NCBI GenBank assembly: GCA_035277325.1
Contig: DATEKS010000065.1
Span: forward strand, 1 to 59,800
Reading direction: 5' to 3'
DNA length: 59,800 nucleotides
Source of the DNA: Rhodanobacter sp.
GTDB taxonomy: Bacteria; Pseudomonadota; Gammaproteobacteria; Xanthomonadales; Rhodanobacteraceae
In this document: positions 21,714 through 31,905 of the stretch, piece after piece
Layout of the letters: each line of letters opens with the position of its first letter
How positions within the stretch are numbered: the stretch's first letter is position 1
Made by a program: the position numbers and the translations under genes
Notes under the pieces: model-generated
Told to the model about the DNA's origin: nothing
The model's database searches: none
The model's input: the letters and a program-made list of their open reading frames with translations, nothing else

Positions 21714-23516
21714 TCAATTCACATGATCGAACTCGGGCATGGCCTTGAACAGCTGCCCGCTGCGCCACTTGTCGGCATCAGGCCGCTGGTACACCAGTTT
21801 GCCGCCCACCACGGTGTAGAGCACCCGCGTGCGCAGGATCTGGTCATCGGGGATGGTCAGCAGGTTGCCGGAGAACACCACCATGTCGGCCAGCTTGCCG
21901 GGGCTCAGCGAGCCCAGTTGATGATCCTCGAACAGAGCGTAGGCGTTGTTCCAGGTGTAGGAGCGCAGCGCTTCCATGCGCGTCTTCACCTGGGCGGGGA
22001 AGAAGCGCTGGCCGCGGCCGTTGTCGCGCGTCACCGCGCAGTAGAAGCCGGCGATGGGGTTGGTGTCCTCCACCGGCGTGTCGCTGCCGTCCAGCACCAT
22101 CGCGCCGCTTTCGATCAGCGTATGCCACATGTAGGCGCCCTCCTTCGCGCGCTGCTCGCCCAGATGCGGCACCACGTAGGGCGCGTCCGAGCAGGCGTGG
22201 ATGGACTGCATCGAGGCGATCACGCCCATCTGCGCGAAGCGCGGGATGTCGGAAGGCGCGAGGTGCTGCGCGTGCTCGATGCGCCAGCGCAGCGCGTGCG
22301 CCGCCGGGTCCTCGGCGAAGATCTTCTGGTACATGTCGAGCACTTCGCGGTTGGCGCGATCGCCTATCGCGTGGATCGAGACCTGGAAACCGTCGCGCGC
22401 GGCGATGCGCGCGATTTTCGCAAGCGTATCCATCGGCGTGACGTTCTTGCCGGTGATGCCCGGCGCGTCGTTGTACGGCTGCAGGAACCACGCGCTGTGC
22501 GTGCCCAGCGCGCCGTCGGAAACATCCTCACCCACGCCGCGCACGGTGAAGTGGTCGTCGGCAAAGCCGATCGTGCGGTATTTGGCGAGATTCTTGTCGA
22601 GGCTGTCGACGTCCAGCACGCCGACGTTGACGTACAGGCGCAGCGGGAAACCCTTGGTGGCCTGCTGCTTGAGCCAGCCGATGGTCTGGAAGTCCTGGCC
22701 CATGTCGACGAAGCCGGTGATGCCCTTGCTCACCTCGTTCTGCATGGCGAGCTTGAGCGACTGCTCCCTGCGTGCGGCCCGCTCCTGCGCCGGCAAGCCG
22801 GCGAGGTAGCGGTTGTAGGCGGCGTACACCGCGTCGCCCGCGGTGTCGCGCAGCGCGCCGATGGCATTGCCCTTGGCGTCGCGCACGATGGTGCCGCCGA
22901 CGGGATCGGGGGTGTCGTGGCCGATGCCGGCGAGCTTCAGCGCCACGGCATTCGCGTAGATCGCATGGCCGCTGGTGTGCGCGAGCAGCACGGGGTTGTT
23001 CGGTGACACCGCGTCGAGGCTGGCCGGCAGCGGCAGGCCGTCGACGTTAGGCTGCGGCACCTTGTTCCATTTGCTCTGCTGCCAGCCCTGGCCGACGATC
23101 CATTCGCCCGGCCTGGCCTTGGCCACCGCGGCCTTCACCATCGCCACGATGGCATCCCAGTTCGGCGCCATGCCCACGTTGAGCTGCATCAGCGAGTCGC
23201 CGGTATCCATGAGGTGGCCGTGGCCCTCGATGAAACCGGGCGTGACGAAGGCGCCGTGCAGGTCCAGCACCTTGGTATGCGGGCCGATGTAGTGCGCGAT
23301 GGCCTCGTCGCTGCCCAGCGCGGCGATCTTGCCGTCCTTCACAGCCAGCGCCTGCGCGTGCGGCTGCAACGGGTCGAGCGTGGCGATGCTGGCATCGCGC
23401 AGCACCAGATCGGCGGCGGGCAGCGTGGGCGGGAAGCCCTTGATCGGCGCGTCGGCGGCAAAAGCGGCCATCGACGCCAACAGGAAGAGCAGAAGGCACG
23501 AACGACGCAAGCGCAT
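21714..23516 (-). CDS. Exported amidohydrolase (YtcJ-like, amidohydrolase 3)
   Basis: Signal peptide; PGFIEGHGH, IHAIGDRA, RIEHAQ, GSDTP, GSLSPGKLAD. Confidence 0.88.
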   Translation of the reverse strand: MRLRRSCLLLFLLASMAAFAADAPIKGFPPTLPAADLVLRDASIATLDPLQPHAQALAVKDGKIAALGSDEAIAHYIGPHTKVLDLHGAFVTPGFIEGHGHLMDTGDSLMQLNVGMAPNWDAIVAMVKAAVAKARPGEWIVGQGWQQSKWNKVPQPNVDGLPLPASLDAVSPNNPVLLAHTSGHAIYANAVALKLAGIGHDTPDPVGGTIVRDAKGNAIGALRDTAGDAVYAAYNRYLAGLPAQERAARREQSLKLAMQNEVSKGITGFVDMGQDFQTIGWLKQQATKGFPLRLYVNVGVLDVDSLDKNLAKYRTIGFADDHFTVRGVGEDVSDGALGTHSAWFLQPYNDAPGITGKNVTPMDTLAKIARIAARDGFQVSIHAIGDRANREVLDMYQKIFAEDPAAHALRWRIEHAQHLAPSDIPRFAQMGVIASMQSIHACSDAPYVVPHLGEQRAKEGAYMWHTLIESGAMVLDGSDTPVEDTNPIAGFYCAVTRDNGRGQRFFPAQVKTRMEALRSYTWNNAYALFEDHQLGSLSPGKLADMVVFSGNLLTIPDDQILRTRVLYTVVGGKLVYQRPDADKWRSGQLFKAMPEFDHVN

Positions 23517-23632
23517 GCTGTTTCCCCGGTGAGCGCGCATGGGCGCATCCGGGGAGCGTAGAAAGGCGGCCGGACCGGGTCAACCGTACGAACGGCACCC
23601 CACCCCGGCCCCTCGGGGAGTAAGGCCGATGG

Positions 23633-24085
23633 CTAGGCGGTACGCCGGTAACGGCCGTGCATCACCGGTTCCCAATGCATGCCACCGTCGAACGAGCTTT
23701 CCAGCGTGAGCTCGCAGGTGCCATTGCGGAGCACATAGGTGTGTCGCGTCTGCCCGCGTGGCGAGCTGCGCAGGAATACCAGCCGTTCGCCGTCCCAGTG
23801 CCCCGGCGCCGGTTGCGCGGGAGCGAAGCCATAGCTGTCGAACCAGTACAGCGCGTATTCGTCGTGGCCCGCACCAGCGGTGAACACGGCATGCGCCTGC
23901 AGTGCGGGCCGACCGTCGCGTTCCTCGTGGTAGTCCATCAGCAGCGCGCGGTCACCGAGATCCCGGCGGGCGGAAAAGCATCCACGCGCCGAACCGCCTT
24001 CGCCCCAGCGCGTGGTAGCGATGGTCTCCTCGCCTTCCCATTCGCCGGCCAGCAGGCCCAGTACATTCCCCGCCGCCATGCTCAT
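23633..24085 (-). CDS. DUF1579-like protein
   Basis: LAGEWEGEE, YWFDSYG, MHGRYRR; start overlaps the upstream stop (ATGA). Confidence 0.7.
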   Translation of the reverse strand: MSMAAGNVLGLLAGEWEGEETIATTRWGEGGSARGCFSARRDLGDRALLMDYHEERDGRPALQAHAVFTAGAGHDEYALYWFDSYGFAPAQPAPGHWDGERLVFLRSSPRGQTRHTYVLRNGTCELTLESSFDGGMHWEPVMHGRYRRTA

Positions 24086-25017
24086 GCCCTGAGCACCAGC
24101 AAGTGCTTGGCGAGCTGGCCGTGCAGGTAACCCAGGCCACGCACCATGTGCAGCAGCAGGAAGAACAGCAACAGGCCCAGCAGGCACAGTACGGTCACGC
24201 CACCCCAGCCGTTCAGCCATTCGACGCCGCTGCAGAGCCAATCGGGTCCGCCGACGCAGCTGCCGACGTCCCAGTGCTGCAGCACGGTGACCAGTTTCAG
24301 GACGGGCGCGGCGATGAAGCTCAGCGAGACGGCGAGCCAGGTCACGATCAGCGTGAAGTAGAAAATGCTCAGCGGCAGCAGCAGCAGCGCATACAGCATC
24401 GAGCTCCAGCTGCGCGGGTCGGTGAACATCGCGCCGATGCGCTGGAACAGCGACATGTGCTTCGGCGGATACGGCGGCCGGCGCGGCATGCGCACGCCCA
24501 GCATGGTTTCCACCAGGCGCCCTTCCAGCAGGGCCAGCCCGCGCACGCTGCCGAAGAACAGCACGATGAACGGCAGGCCGATGATGAGCAGCGAGAAGCC
24601 AACCGACATCGAGAGGCCGGCGACCACCCAGGTGAAGTAGGCGATGCCGGTGACCAGGCCGAACAGCAGGTAGAACAGCGCACCCCAGGCACGCGGGTCG
24701 GCGATCACGCCGAAGAAGCGACCCGCGGCCGAGCGCCGCTTAGGCGGCGGCGGCGGGCGGATCGCACGCTGGATCCTGATCTCCTGGTCGCGGTAGATCT
24801 CGGCCACCTCGTCCGGCGCGCCGTAGCTTTCCACCACATGCTCGAGCATTGCCGCCTCGTCGCGGCCGGGACGCTCGTACAGTTCGGCGCGCAGGTGCTC
24901 CTCGGCGTCGTAGAGCGCGTCCTGGATCAGGGCGGGATCGGCGCCGCGCAGGGCGGCGCGCAGTTGTTCGAGGTATTCCGCGATCGTGCGCGGCGGCCTG
25001 CCGGATGCTTCGTTCAT
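24082..25017 (-). CDS. Membrane protein with HAAS-like N-terminus and putative sensor domain
   Basis: YLEQLRAAL...DAEEHL...YGAPDEVA followed by several TM helices; coupled to the padR stop. Confidence 0.75.
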   Translation of the reverse strand: MNEASGRPPRTIAEYLEQLRAALRGADPALIQDALYDAEEHLRAELYERPGRDEAAMLEHVVESYGAPDEVAEIYRDQEIRIQRAIRPPPPPKRRSAAGRFFGVIADPRAWGALFYLLFGLVTGIAYFTWVVAGLSMSVGFSLLIIGLPFIVLFFGSVRGLALLEGRLVETMLGVRMPRRPPYPPKHMSLFQRIGAMFTDPRSWSSMLYALLLLPLSIFYFTLIVTWLAVSLSFIAAPVLKLVTVLQHWDVGSCVGGPDWLCSGVEWLNGWGGVTVLCLLGLLLFFLLLHMVRGLGYLHGQLAKHLLVLRA

Positions 25018-25379
25018 CAGAGTTCTCCCTGCAATACCTTGTCGACGCTGTCGCGACTGGCGTTCCAAGCGGCGGTCCACTCGCGCAACACCTCGCGGCC
25101 GAATTTCGTGATGCGGTAGTAGCGGCGCGGCGGCCCGCTCACTGAAGGCTCCACCTCGCTGGCCAACAGGCCCGCGGCCTCCAGGTTGCGCAGCACCGGA
25201 TACAGCGCGCTCTGCTTGCCGGCCAGCACGCCCTCGCCCGCTTCCTCCAGCCGCTTGGCGATCTGGTAGCCGTACAGCGGCTGGCGCGACTGCCCCAGCA
25301 CCGCCAGCAACACCAGCGACACGGTGCCGACGGACAGCTCCTTCTGGAACTTCTTCAACTGGCTGGCGCCGTCGTCCAC
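25017..25379 (-). CDS. PadR-family transcriptional regulator
   Basis: LYGYQI, ALYPVLRNLE, GPPRRYYRIT; probable GTG start. Confidence 0.88.
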   Translation of the reverse strand: MDDGASQLKKFQKELSVGTVSLVLLAVLGQSRQPLYGYQIAKRLEEAGEGVLAGKQSALYPVLRNLEAAGLLASEVEPSVSGPPRRYYRITKFGREVLREWTAAWNASRDSVDKVLQGEL

Positions 25380-25418
25380 AGCTCTCACCCGCACTGCCGC
25401 TTAGCTTGAAGTGAACGA

Positions 25419-25437
25419 TAGTGTTTACTTCACACTA
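25419..25437. promoter_or_regulatory. Candidate PadR operator
   Basis: TAGTGT-N7-ACACTA palindrome in an AT-rich patch 40 bp upstream of padR. Confidence 0.5.
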
Positions 25438-25494
25438 GTACATGGGCCTGAAGTCATACCCCAATCACCGAGCTTCACCGAAGCGGCACCTCCA

Positions 25495-26388
25495 TCAGCC
25501 GCGATGGCGCAGTGCATCGACGATCAGCACAAAGGCCGGCGACGGCTGGCGGCGGCTGGGGTAGTAGAGGTGATAGCCCGGGAACGGCGGGCACCAGTCC
25601 TCGAGCACGCGCACCAGGGTGCCATCGGCGATTCGAGCTAGCACCGCGTCTTCGGGCAGGAACGCGATACCGGCGCCGTCGAGCGCCGCGGCGACGATGG
25701 GTGGCGCGGTGTTGAAGGCGAGCTGTCCCTCGACACGCACGTTGAGCTTGCGCCCGCGCCGCTCGAACTCCCAGGCATACAGGCCACCGTAGGTCGGCAG
25801 GCGCAGGTTGATGCAGCAGTGTCCGGTCAGGTCCTGCGGGGTCTTCGGCGGCCGTCTTCCGGCGAAGTAGGAGGGCGCGGCCACGGCCGCCATCCGCAAC
25901 GCCGGCCCGATCCGGACGGCGATCATGTCCTTGGCGACCTGCTCGCCCATGCGCACGCCGGCGTCGAAGCGCTCGGCCACGATGTCCTTCAAGCCGTAGC
26001 TGACGTCGAACTCCACGTGGATGTCGGGGTGTTCGCGCAGCACCGGGGCAAGCCTGGGCCACAGGATCGAGGCGAGCGCGTGTTCACCGGTGGTGATGCG
26101 GAACGCGCCGGCCGGCCTGGTTCGCAGCGCGCTCAGTTCGGCCAGTTCAGCCTCGATCTCGTCGAAGCGGCTGCCCGCCGAATCCAGCAGCCGCTGGCCG
26201 GCCTCGGTGGGCGCCACGCTGCGGGTGGTGCGGGTGAGCAGCCGGATGCCGAGGCGGTCTTCCAGGCCGCGGAGGGCGTGGCTGAGCGCCGACTGCGAGA
26301 CGCCCAGCCGCGCGGCGGCACGCGTGAAGCTGCGTTCGCGCGCCACGACCACGAAGGCAAACAAGTCGTTGAGGTTTGGGCGGGCCAT
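25495..26388 (-). CDS. LysR-family regulator
   Basis: SFTRAAARLGVSQSALSH HTH; RTTRSVAPTEAG. Confidence 0.93.
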   Translation of the reverse strand: MARPNLNDLFAFVVVARERSFTRAAARLGVSQSALSHALRGLEDRLGIRLLTRTTRSVAPTEAGQRLLDSAGSRFDEIEAELAELSALRTRPAGAFRITTGEHALASILWPRLAPVLREHPDIHVEFDVSYGLKDIVAERFDAGVRMGEQVAKDMIAVRIGPALRMAAVAAPSYFAGRRPPKTPQDLTGHCCINLRLPTYGGLYAWEFERRGRKLNVRVEGQLAFNTAPPIVAAALDGAGIAFLPEDAVLARIADGTLVRVLEDWCPPFPGYHLYYPSRRQPSPAFVLIVDALRHRG

Positions 26389-26411
26389 CGAGACTGCCTT
26401 GCCGGGCCAGT

Positions 26412-26428
26412 CATGAGTCTAGCTCATG
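26412..26428. promoter_or_regulatory. LysR box
   Basis: CATGAG-N5-CTCATG (contains T-N11-A) in the divergent intergenic region. Confidence 0.6.
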
Positions 26429-26509
26429 GGTTCATGCGGGATTGCCCCACTAATCACGCGCCTGCCCTGGGTCCAGACTGCCCGTCTCGCCATGCATGAA
26501 GGACACGCC

Positions 26510-26947
26510 ATGAAGATCGTGCGCAACGGTTCGCAGGCCTCGATGAAGGGTCCCGCCGAATATTTCACGGGCAGTGTGCGGGTCGATCCGCTGGCGGCGA
26601 CCGAAGCACCGGCGCGGGTCGCCTGCGCCAGCGTCACGTTCGAGCCGGGCGCCCGCTCCGCCTGGCACACCCATCCCCTGGGCCAGGTGCTGATCGTCAC
26701 CGCCGGCTGCGGCTGGACACAGTGCAATGGCGAGCCGATCGAGGAGATCCGCGCAGGCGACGTGATCTGGTGTCCCCCGGGCCATCGTCACTGGCACGGC
26801 GCCACGCCCACCACGGCGATGACCCACATCGCGGTCCAGGAGGCGCTGGACGGCAAGGTCGTCGAGTGGATGGAGCACGTCACCGATGCGCAGTACCTGG
26901 CCGGACCGGCGTCCGCTGCGCAAGGAATGCATGCCGCAGGAGCGTAG
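26510..26947 (+). CDS. Cupin-domain protein (QdoI/hydroxynitrile-lyase-like)
   Basis: [16 protein letters not shown] and [10 protein letters not shown] cupin motifs. Confidence 0.88.
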   Translation: MKIVRNGSQASMKGPAEYFTGSVRVDPLAATEAPARVACASVTFEPGARSAWHTHPLGQVLIVTAGCGWTQCNGEPIEEIRAGDVIWCPPGHRHWHGATPTTAMTHIAVQEALDGKVVEWMEHVTDAQYLAGPASAAQGMHAAGA

Positions 26948-26957
26948 GAGAACCACC

Positions 26958-27314
26958 ATGAATGAAGTGCCGACCAACGCACGCAAGGCCTTCGGCGACA
27001 TCGCGCCGCAGCTGGCCGAAATCACCGACCGGGTGCTGTTCGGTGATGTCTGGGAACAGGCGGTCCTGTCGCCGCGTGACCGCAGCCTGGTCACGATCGC
27101 CAGCCTCATCTCGCTCTACCGCACCAACGAGATGCCGTTCCACCTGAAGAAGGCCCGGGAGAACGGACTCAGCTGCGAGGAGATCGTCGGCACGATCACC
27201 CACCTCGCCTTCTATGCCGGCTGGCCGCCCGCGATGACGGCGCTGCAGATCGCACGCAAGGTCTTCGACGAGGAGGCTGGCCGACCATCGACCGCATCGG
27301 GGGCCTCGTCGTAG
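26958..27314 (+). CDS. Carboxymuconolactone decarboxylase-family protein
   Basis: VLFGDVW, LSPRDRSLVT, HLAFYAGWP; AGGAG SD. Confidence 0.88.
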   Translation: MNEVPTNARKAFGDIAPQLAEITDRVLFGDVWEQAVLSPRDRSLVTIASLISLYRTNEMPFHLKKARENGLSCEEIVGTITHLAFYAGWPPAMTALQIARKVFDEEAGRPSTASGASS

Positions 27315-27358
27315 CAGTCAGCCGGCAACCCGTCTTCGCTGTTACCGGGCGTCCTCCG

Positions 27359-27394
27359 GTCCGGGCGCCATGGCGGCGCCCGGATGTTTCTTTT
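27359..27394 (+). terminator. Probable intrinsic terminator after the cupin-CMD operon
   Basis: TCCGGGCGCC...GGCGCCCGGA followed by TGTTTCTTTT. Confidence 0.6.
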
Positions 27395-27429
27395 AATGTG
27401 GCGGCCTCTTCCACCACCATGGCGCCCGC

Positions 27430-28815
27430 ATGTCCGCATCCACGCAGCAGCCGGACCACCTGAGGCGCAGCCTCTCCAACCGCCACCTGCAGCTGATCGC
27501 ACTGGGCGGCGCCATCGGCACCGGCCTGTTCATGGGCTCGGGCAAGACCATCAGCCTGGCCGGGCCGTCGATCCTGCTGGTGTACCTGATCATCGGCGTG
27601 ATGCTGTTCTTCGTGATGCGCGCGATGGGCGAGCTGCTGCTGTCGAACCTGGAGTACAAGTCGTTCATCGACTTCTCCACCGACCTGCTGGGACCGTGGG
27701 CCGGCTTCTTCTGCGGCTGGACGTACTGGTTCTGCTGGATCGTCACCGCGATCGCCGAGGTGATCGCGATCGCCGCCTACGTGCAGTTCTGGCTGCCGCA
27801 CCTCGCGCCATGGATTCCCGCGCTGCTGTGCGTGCTGTTGCTGCTGGCGCTGAACCTGACCACGGTGAAGATGTTCGGCGAGCTGGAGTTCTGGTTCGCG
27901 CTGATCAAGATCGTCGCGATCATCGCGCTGGTGGTGGTCGGTTTCGCGCTAGTGGCGTGGGGCTTCCATTCGCCGGCCGGCAACAAGGCCACGCTGGCCA
28001 ACCTGTGGAACGACGGCGGCTGGTTCCCGCATGGCATTGGCGGCTTCTTCGCCGGTTTCCAGATCGCGGTGTTCGCCTTCGTCGGCATCGAGCTGGTGGG
28101 CACCGCCGCCGCCGAAACCGCCGACCCGCGGCGCAACCTGCCCAAGGCGATCAACTCGATCCCCGTGCGCATCATCATCTTCTACGTGCTGGCGCTGGCG
28201 GCGATCATGGCGGTGACGCCGTGGCGGCTGGTGGAAGCGGACAAGAGCCCGTTCGTGGAACTGTTCGTGCTGGCCGGCGTGCCGGCAGCGGCCAGCCTGA
28301 TCAACTTCGTGGTGCTGACCTCGGCCACCTCGTCGGCCAACAGCGGCATCTTCTCCACCAGCCGCATGCTGTTCGGTCTCGCCGGCGAGAACCACGCGCC
28401 GAGAATGTTTGCGCGGCTGTCGAAGGCTTCCGTGCCCTCCGTGGGCCTGCTGTTCTCCTGCTTCTGCCTGCTGCTGGGCGCGGCGCTGATCTATCTGGTG
28501 CCGAACCTGATGACCGCGTTCACCCTGGTCACCACGCTGTCCGCCGTGCTCTTCATGTTCGTGTGGTCGCTGATCCTGTGCGCCTACATGGCCTATCGCC
28601 GCAAGCGCCCGCAGCAGCACGCCGACTCCACGTACAAGATGCCCGGCGGCGTGTTCATGTGCTGGGCCTGCCTGGCGTTCTTCGCGTTCGTGCTGGTGCT
28701 GCTCTGCCTGCAGTCCGACACCCGCGCCGCCCTGCTGGCCAGCCCGGTGTGGTTCGTGTTGCTGGGGATCGGCTACTTCTGGAAGGGGCGGCGCGCCGGC
28801 AAATCCGTTCCTTGA
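27430..28815 (+). CDS. cycA: D-serine/D-alanine/glycine transporter (APC family)
   Basis: RHLQLIALGGAIGTGLFMGSGKTI, LSNLEYKSF, GFQIAVFAFVGIELVG. Confidence 0.85.
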   Translation: MSASTQQPDHLRRSLSNRHLQLIALGGAIGTGLFMGSGKTISLAGPSILLVYLIIGVMLFFVMRAMGELLLSNLEYKSFIDFSTDLLGPWAGFFCGWTYWFCWIVTAIAEVIAIAAYVQFWLPHLAPWIPALLCVLLLLALNLTTVKMFGELEFWFALIKIVAIIALVVVGFALVAWGFHSPAGNKATLANLWNDGGWFPHGIGGFFAGFQIAVFAFVGIELVGTAAAETADPRRNLPKAINSIPVRIIIFYVLALAAIMAVTPWRLVEADKSPFVELFVLAGVPAAASLINFVVLTSATSSANSGIFSTSRMLFGLAGENHAPRMFARLSKASVPSVGLLFSCFCLLLGAALIYLVPNLMTAFTLVTTLSAVLFMFVWSLILCAYMAYRRKRPQQHADSTYKMPGGVFMCWACLAFFAFVLVLLCLQSDTRAALLASPVWFVLLGIGYFWKGRRAGKSVP

Positions 28816-28866
28816 GGAGAGTGAGTCCATCCACGACGACCGGCGCGCGATCACAAGCCAAGTAGA

Positions 28867-29823
28867 ATGGAAGGCCATCCGCAGCCGGGACGACACATGC
28901 AAGGTTCATCGGGAGTTTCGATCATCCATCCGCGCGTGATGGAGTCCGCGCAGGTCTGCCAGGCCGAGTTCACTTCGGCGGCGCCGTTTCCCCACGTAGT
29001 GATCGACGATTTCCTCGCGCCGGATTTCGCCGCTGCCCTGCTCGACGCCTTCCCCGCCTTCGAGCGCGGCAACGCGGTGGGCGACGACGGCAAGCCGGGC
29101 GGCAAGTCCACGCTGGCGAAGATCCGCCAGCTCGGTCCGGCATGGCAGCAACTCGACGACGCGATCCAGAGTCCCGAGTTCCTGGAAGCGGTGGGCAAGC
29201 TCACCGGCATCGACGGCCTGATCTACGACCCGTGGTACCTCGGCGGCGGCACCCACGAGAACCGCAACGGGATGAGCCTGGACCCGCACGTGGATTTCAA
29301 CTACCACCCCAGCGAACGCTGGCACCGGCGGCTCAACCTCATCGTCTACCTCAACCCGCAGTGGGACGAGTCGTGGGGCGGCTGCCTGGAACTGTTCCGC
29401 GACCCGCACGCCGATGCGCGGCCTGCGCGTTCGGTGGCGCCGGCATTCAACCGCTGCGTGATCTTCGAGACTTCCGAGCGCTCCTGGCATGCCTTCAACC
29501 GGATCGAGCTGCCGCCGGAGCATGCCGCGCTTACCCGGCGCTCCATCGCGCTGTACTTCTACACGAAGGACCGTCCCGCCGCGGAGACGGCGCCGCGCCA
29601 CACCACTTATTACGTGAGCCGCCAGCTGCCGCCGCACCTCGACGAGGGGCGCACGCTGTCGCGCGGCGACGTGGCCGAGATCCGGCAGCTGATCGAGCAG
29701 CGCGACGCGCACATCCGCCTGCTCTACGCCGAGAACACCGCGCTGCGCCAGGCCCAGGACGCCGGCCTCACCGGCCACCTGCTGTACCTCGCCAAGCGCG
29801 CCTTCGTGCGCTTCCGCAAATAG
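28867..29823 (+). CDS. 2OG-Fe(II) oxygenase with C-terminal coiled-coil-like tail (start uncertain)
   Basis: PFPHVVIDDFL, PHVDFN (HxD), SWHAF (distal His), RRSIALY. Confidence 0.82.
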   Translation: MEGHPQPGRHMQGSSGVSIIHPRVMESAQVCQAEFTSAAPFPHVVIDDFLAPDFAAALLDAFPAFERGNAVGDDGKPGGKSTLAKIRQLGPAWQQLDDAIQSPEFLEAVGKLTGIDGLIYDPWYLGGGTHENRNGMSLDPHVDFNYHPSERWHRRLNLIVYLNPQWDESWGGCLELFRDPHADARPARSVAPAFNRCVIFETSERSWHAFNRIELPPEHAALTRRSIALYFYTKDRPAAETAPRHTTYYVSRQLPPHLDEGRTLSRGDVAEIRQLIEQRDAHIRLLYAENTALRQAQDAGLTGHLLYLAKRAFVRFRK

Positions 29824-29883
29824 CGCACACGCAGACCGGCTCCTGCTAACGTGCCGCGACGCCAACCATCCGGGGAGACCACC

Positions 29884-30816
29884 ATGCGCCATCATCTTGC
29901 CGCCGCCGTCGCGATGGCACTTGGCCTCGCCGCCACATCCGCCTTCGCCGCACAGGACAAGCCCACGCCCACCGCAAAGGAACTGCTGGCGGCCTCGAAG
30001 CCTGCCGAATGGCGCACGCCCGATCCGGCCAACCTGCTCTACATGCAGCTGCCCGCCGGCCGCGTGGTGATCGAGCTGGCGCCGGAGTTCACCCCGCTGC
30101 ACGCGCAAAACATCCGCACGCTGGTGAGCCAGGGCTACTTCGACGGCCTCGCCATCGTGCGCGTGCAGGACAACTTCGTCACCCAGTGGGACGACCCGAA
30201 CGGCGACGACGGCGGCGACAAGGCGAAGATGCACCCGCTGGGCAAGGCCAAGGCCACCCTGCCGCCGGAATTCACCCGCCCCATCGATACCAAGCAGCCG
30301 TGGACGCCGCTGCCCGACGGCGACATCTACGCGCCGCAAGTGGGTTTCTCCGGAGGCTTCCCGGTGGCGCGCGACCCGGCCAACGGCAAAGAGTGGCTGG
30401 TGCACTGCTACGGCATGGTCGGTGTGGGGCGCGACGTGCCGCCCGACAGCGGCAACGGCAGCGCGCTGTACGCCGTCATCGGCCAGGCACCGCGCCGGCT
30501 GGACCACAATCTGGCAGTGGCCGGCCGTGTGCTGCAGGGCATGCAATACCTCTCCGCCCTGCCGCGCGGTACCGGGCCGATGGGCTTCTACGAAAAGGCG
30601 TCCGAACGCACGGCCATCCTGTCGGTGAAGCTGGCCGCCGACCTGCCGCCCGCGCAGCGCGGGCACATCCAGGTACTGCGCACCGGCAGCCCCACCTTCG
30701 CCGCGCTGATCGACGCCGCGCGCCACGGCCACAGCGCGTTCTACCCCACGCCGGTGGGCAAGGTAGACATCTGCGACATCCATGCACCGGTGCGGGTGGA
30801 CGGGAAGCCGCTGTGA
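29884..30816 (+). CDS. Exported cyclophilin-type peptidyl-prolyl isomerase
   Basis: Signal peptide; VIELAPEFTPLH, RVQDNFVTQW, HCYGMVGVGRD, LYAVIGQAPRRLD. Confidence 0.8.
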   Translation: MRHHLAAAVAMALGLAATSAFAAQDKPTPTAKELLAASKPAEWRTPDPANLLYMQLPAGRVVIELAPEFTPLHAQNIRTLVSQGYFDGLAIVRVQDNFVTQWDDPNGDDGGDKAKMHPLGKAKATLPPEFTRPIDTKQPWTPLPDGDIYAPQVGFSGGFPVARDPANGKEWLVHCYGMVGVGRDVPPDSGNGSALYAVIGQAPRRLDHNLAVAGRVLQGMQYLSALPRGTGPMGFYEKASERTAILSVKLAADLPPAQRGHIQVLRTGSPTFAALIDAARHGHSAFYPTPVGKVDICDIHAPVRVDGKPL

Positions 30817-30966
30817 CGTGGCAGCCACCGCAAGGCGCGGATGCTGAAGCGATGCTTATCTGCAACGGCTATCGGTGATCGGCTCGCCAGGATCCGCAGT
30901 GACTTAAGACACTCCCTTCGCCGGTCCGCGTGACTCTATGTTGATTTGTCGGAAACGTTTATCAAC

Positions 30967-31905
30967 ATGAGTACGAATACGACGATGGACAGCATCAACA
31001 CCGGTCGGCGGAAGACTATGGGGATGTTGGCGGGCGCGCTTGCTTTCGCCGCAGGCGCAACCCTGCCGGCCAAGATACTCGCCCACCCGGCTCCCCGAGG
31101 CTGGCCGCTCTGGGCAATCCGTCGGAACGACAGAACGATCTACCTGACTGCCGAAACGCCACCGCAGTCGGCCGACTGGCATGACGTTCGCATCGAGCAG
31201 TTGCTGACGCATTGCTCGGACATCTGGACCGAAACCAACAACGTCTACAGGCAGAACCAGAACGAGCTTGTTCGTCGTTACGGCGTCGACCCCAGGCATC
31301 CGCTCGACTCGTGGCTCGATGCACACGACAGGGCTCGGTTGGCAAAAGCCACCGCGTATTGCGGATTGAAGCCGGATGACCTGGCGCAATACAGACCATG
31401 GCTTGCCGGCTCCATACTCGAAGACCAGTTCTATCAGGCCAACGGATGGAAAGGGAAATCCGCGCGGGAGGTTCTTGTCGATCGTGCCGCGCACGGAGGC
31501 ATTCCACGGCATAGCGAGTTCAAGGCCAAGGACGATGTCTTCGCGTGGTTCGGAGCCTTCACGCCGCTGCAAGACACCCAGTACCTGCGCTACATGCTCG
31601 ACGAGGTGCTCGCCGGACCTGTGCACGACGCCGGAATCTTCGAGGATTGGGCCGCCGGTCGTCCTGGCGCAGCCGCTGCGGAAGTACAGCGATACAGCCG
31701 TGCCTACCCCGAGCTTGCCCACAAGCTGACCTTCGAACGGAATCAGGGATGGCTGGCCAGATTCGAGGAAATGTTTGCGTCCGGAAGTACACCCCTGGTC
31801 GTTGTCGGCCTCTACCACATGGTTGGTCCCACCGGCATTCCCGCTCTCGCCAGGCGCAAGGGCCTGGTGGTCGAGTCGCTCCAGGACACCGGGAGTGCGG
31901 GATAG
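30967..31905 (+). CDS. TraB/GumN (Tiki-like) family protein with Tat-like signal (start uncertain)
   Basis: GRRKTMGMLAGALAF signal; PLWAI, YRPWLA, ERNQGW, VVVGLYHMVG. Confidence 0.75.
   Translation: MSTNTTMDSINTGRRKTMGMLAGALAFAAGATLPAKILAHPAPRGWPLWAIRRNDRTIYLTAETPPQSADWHDVRIEQLLTHCSDIWTETNNVYRQNQNELVRRYGVDPRHPLDSWLDAHDRARLAKATAYCGLKPDDLAQYRPWLAGSILEDQFYQANGWKGKSAREVLVDRAAHGGIPRHSEFKAKDDVFAWFGAFTPLQDTQYLRYMLDEVLAGPVHDAGIFEDWAAGRPGAAAAEVQRYSRAYPELAHKLTFERNQGWLARFEEMFASGSTPLVVVGLYHMVGPTGIPALARRKGLVVESLQDTGSAG

Noticed and set aside
27315-27429. Possible glycine riboswitch upstream of cycA
   Set aside because: No tandem GGAGA...CCGAAG...CTCTCAGG aptamer core; only a terminator-like hairpin.
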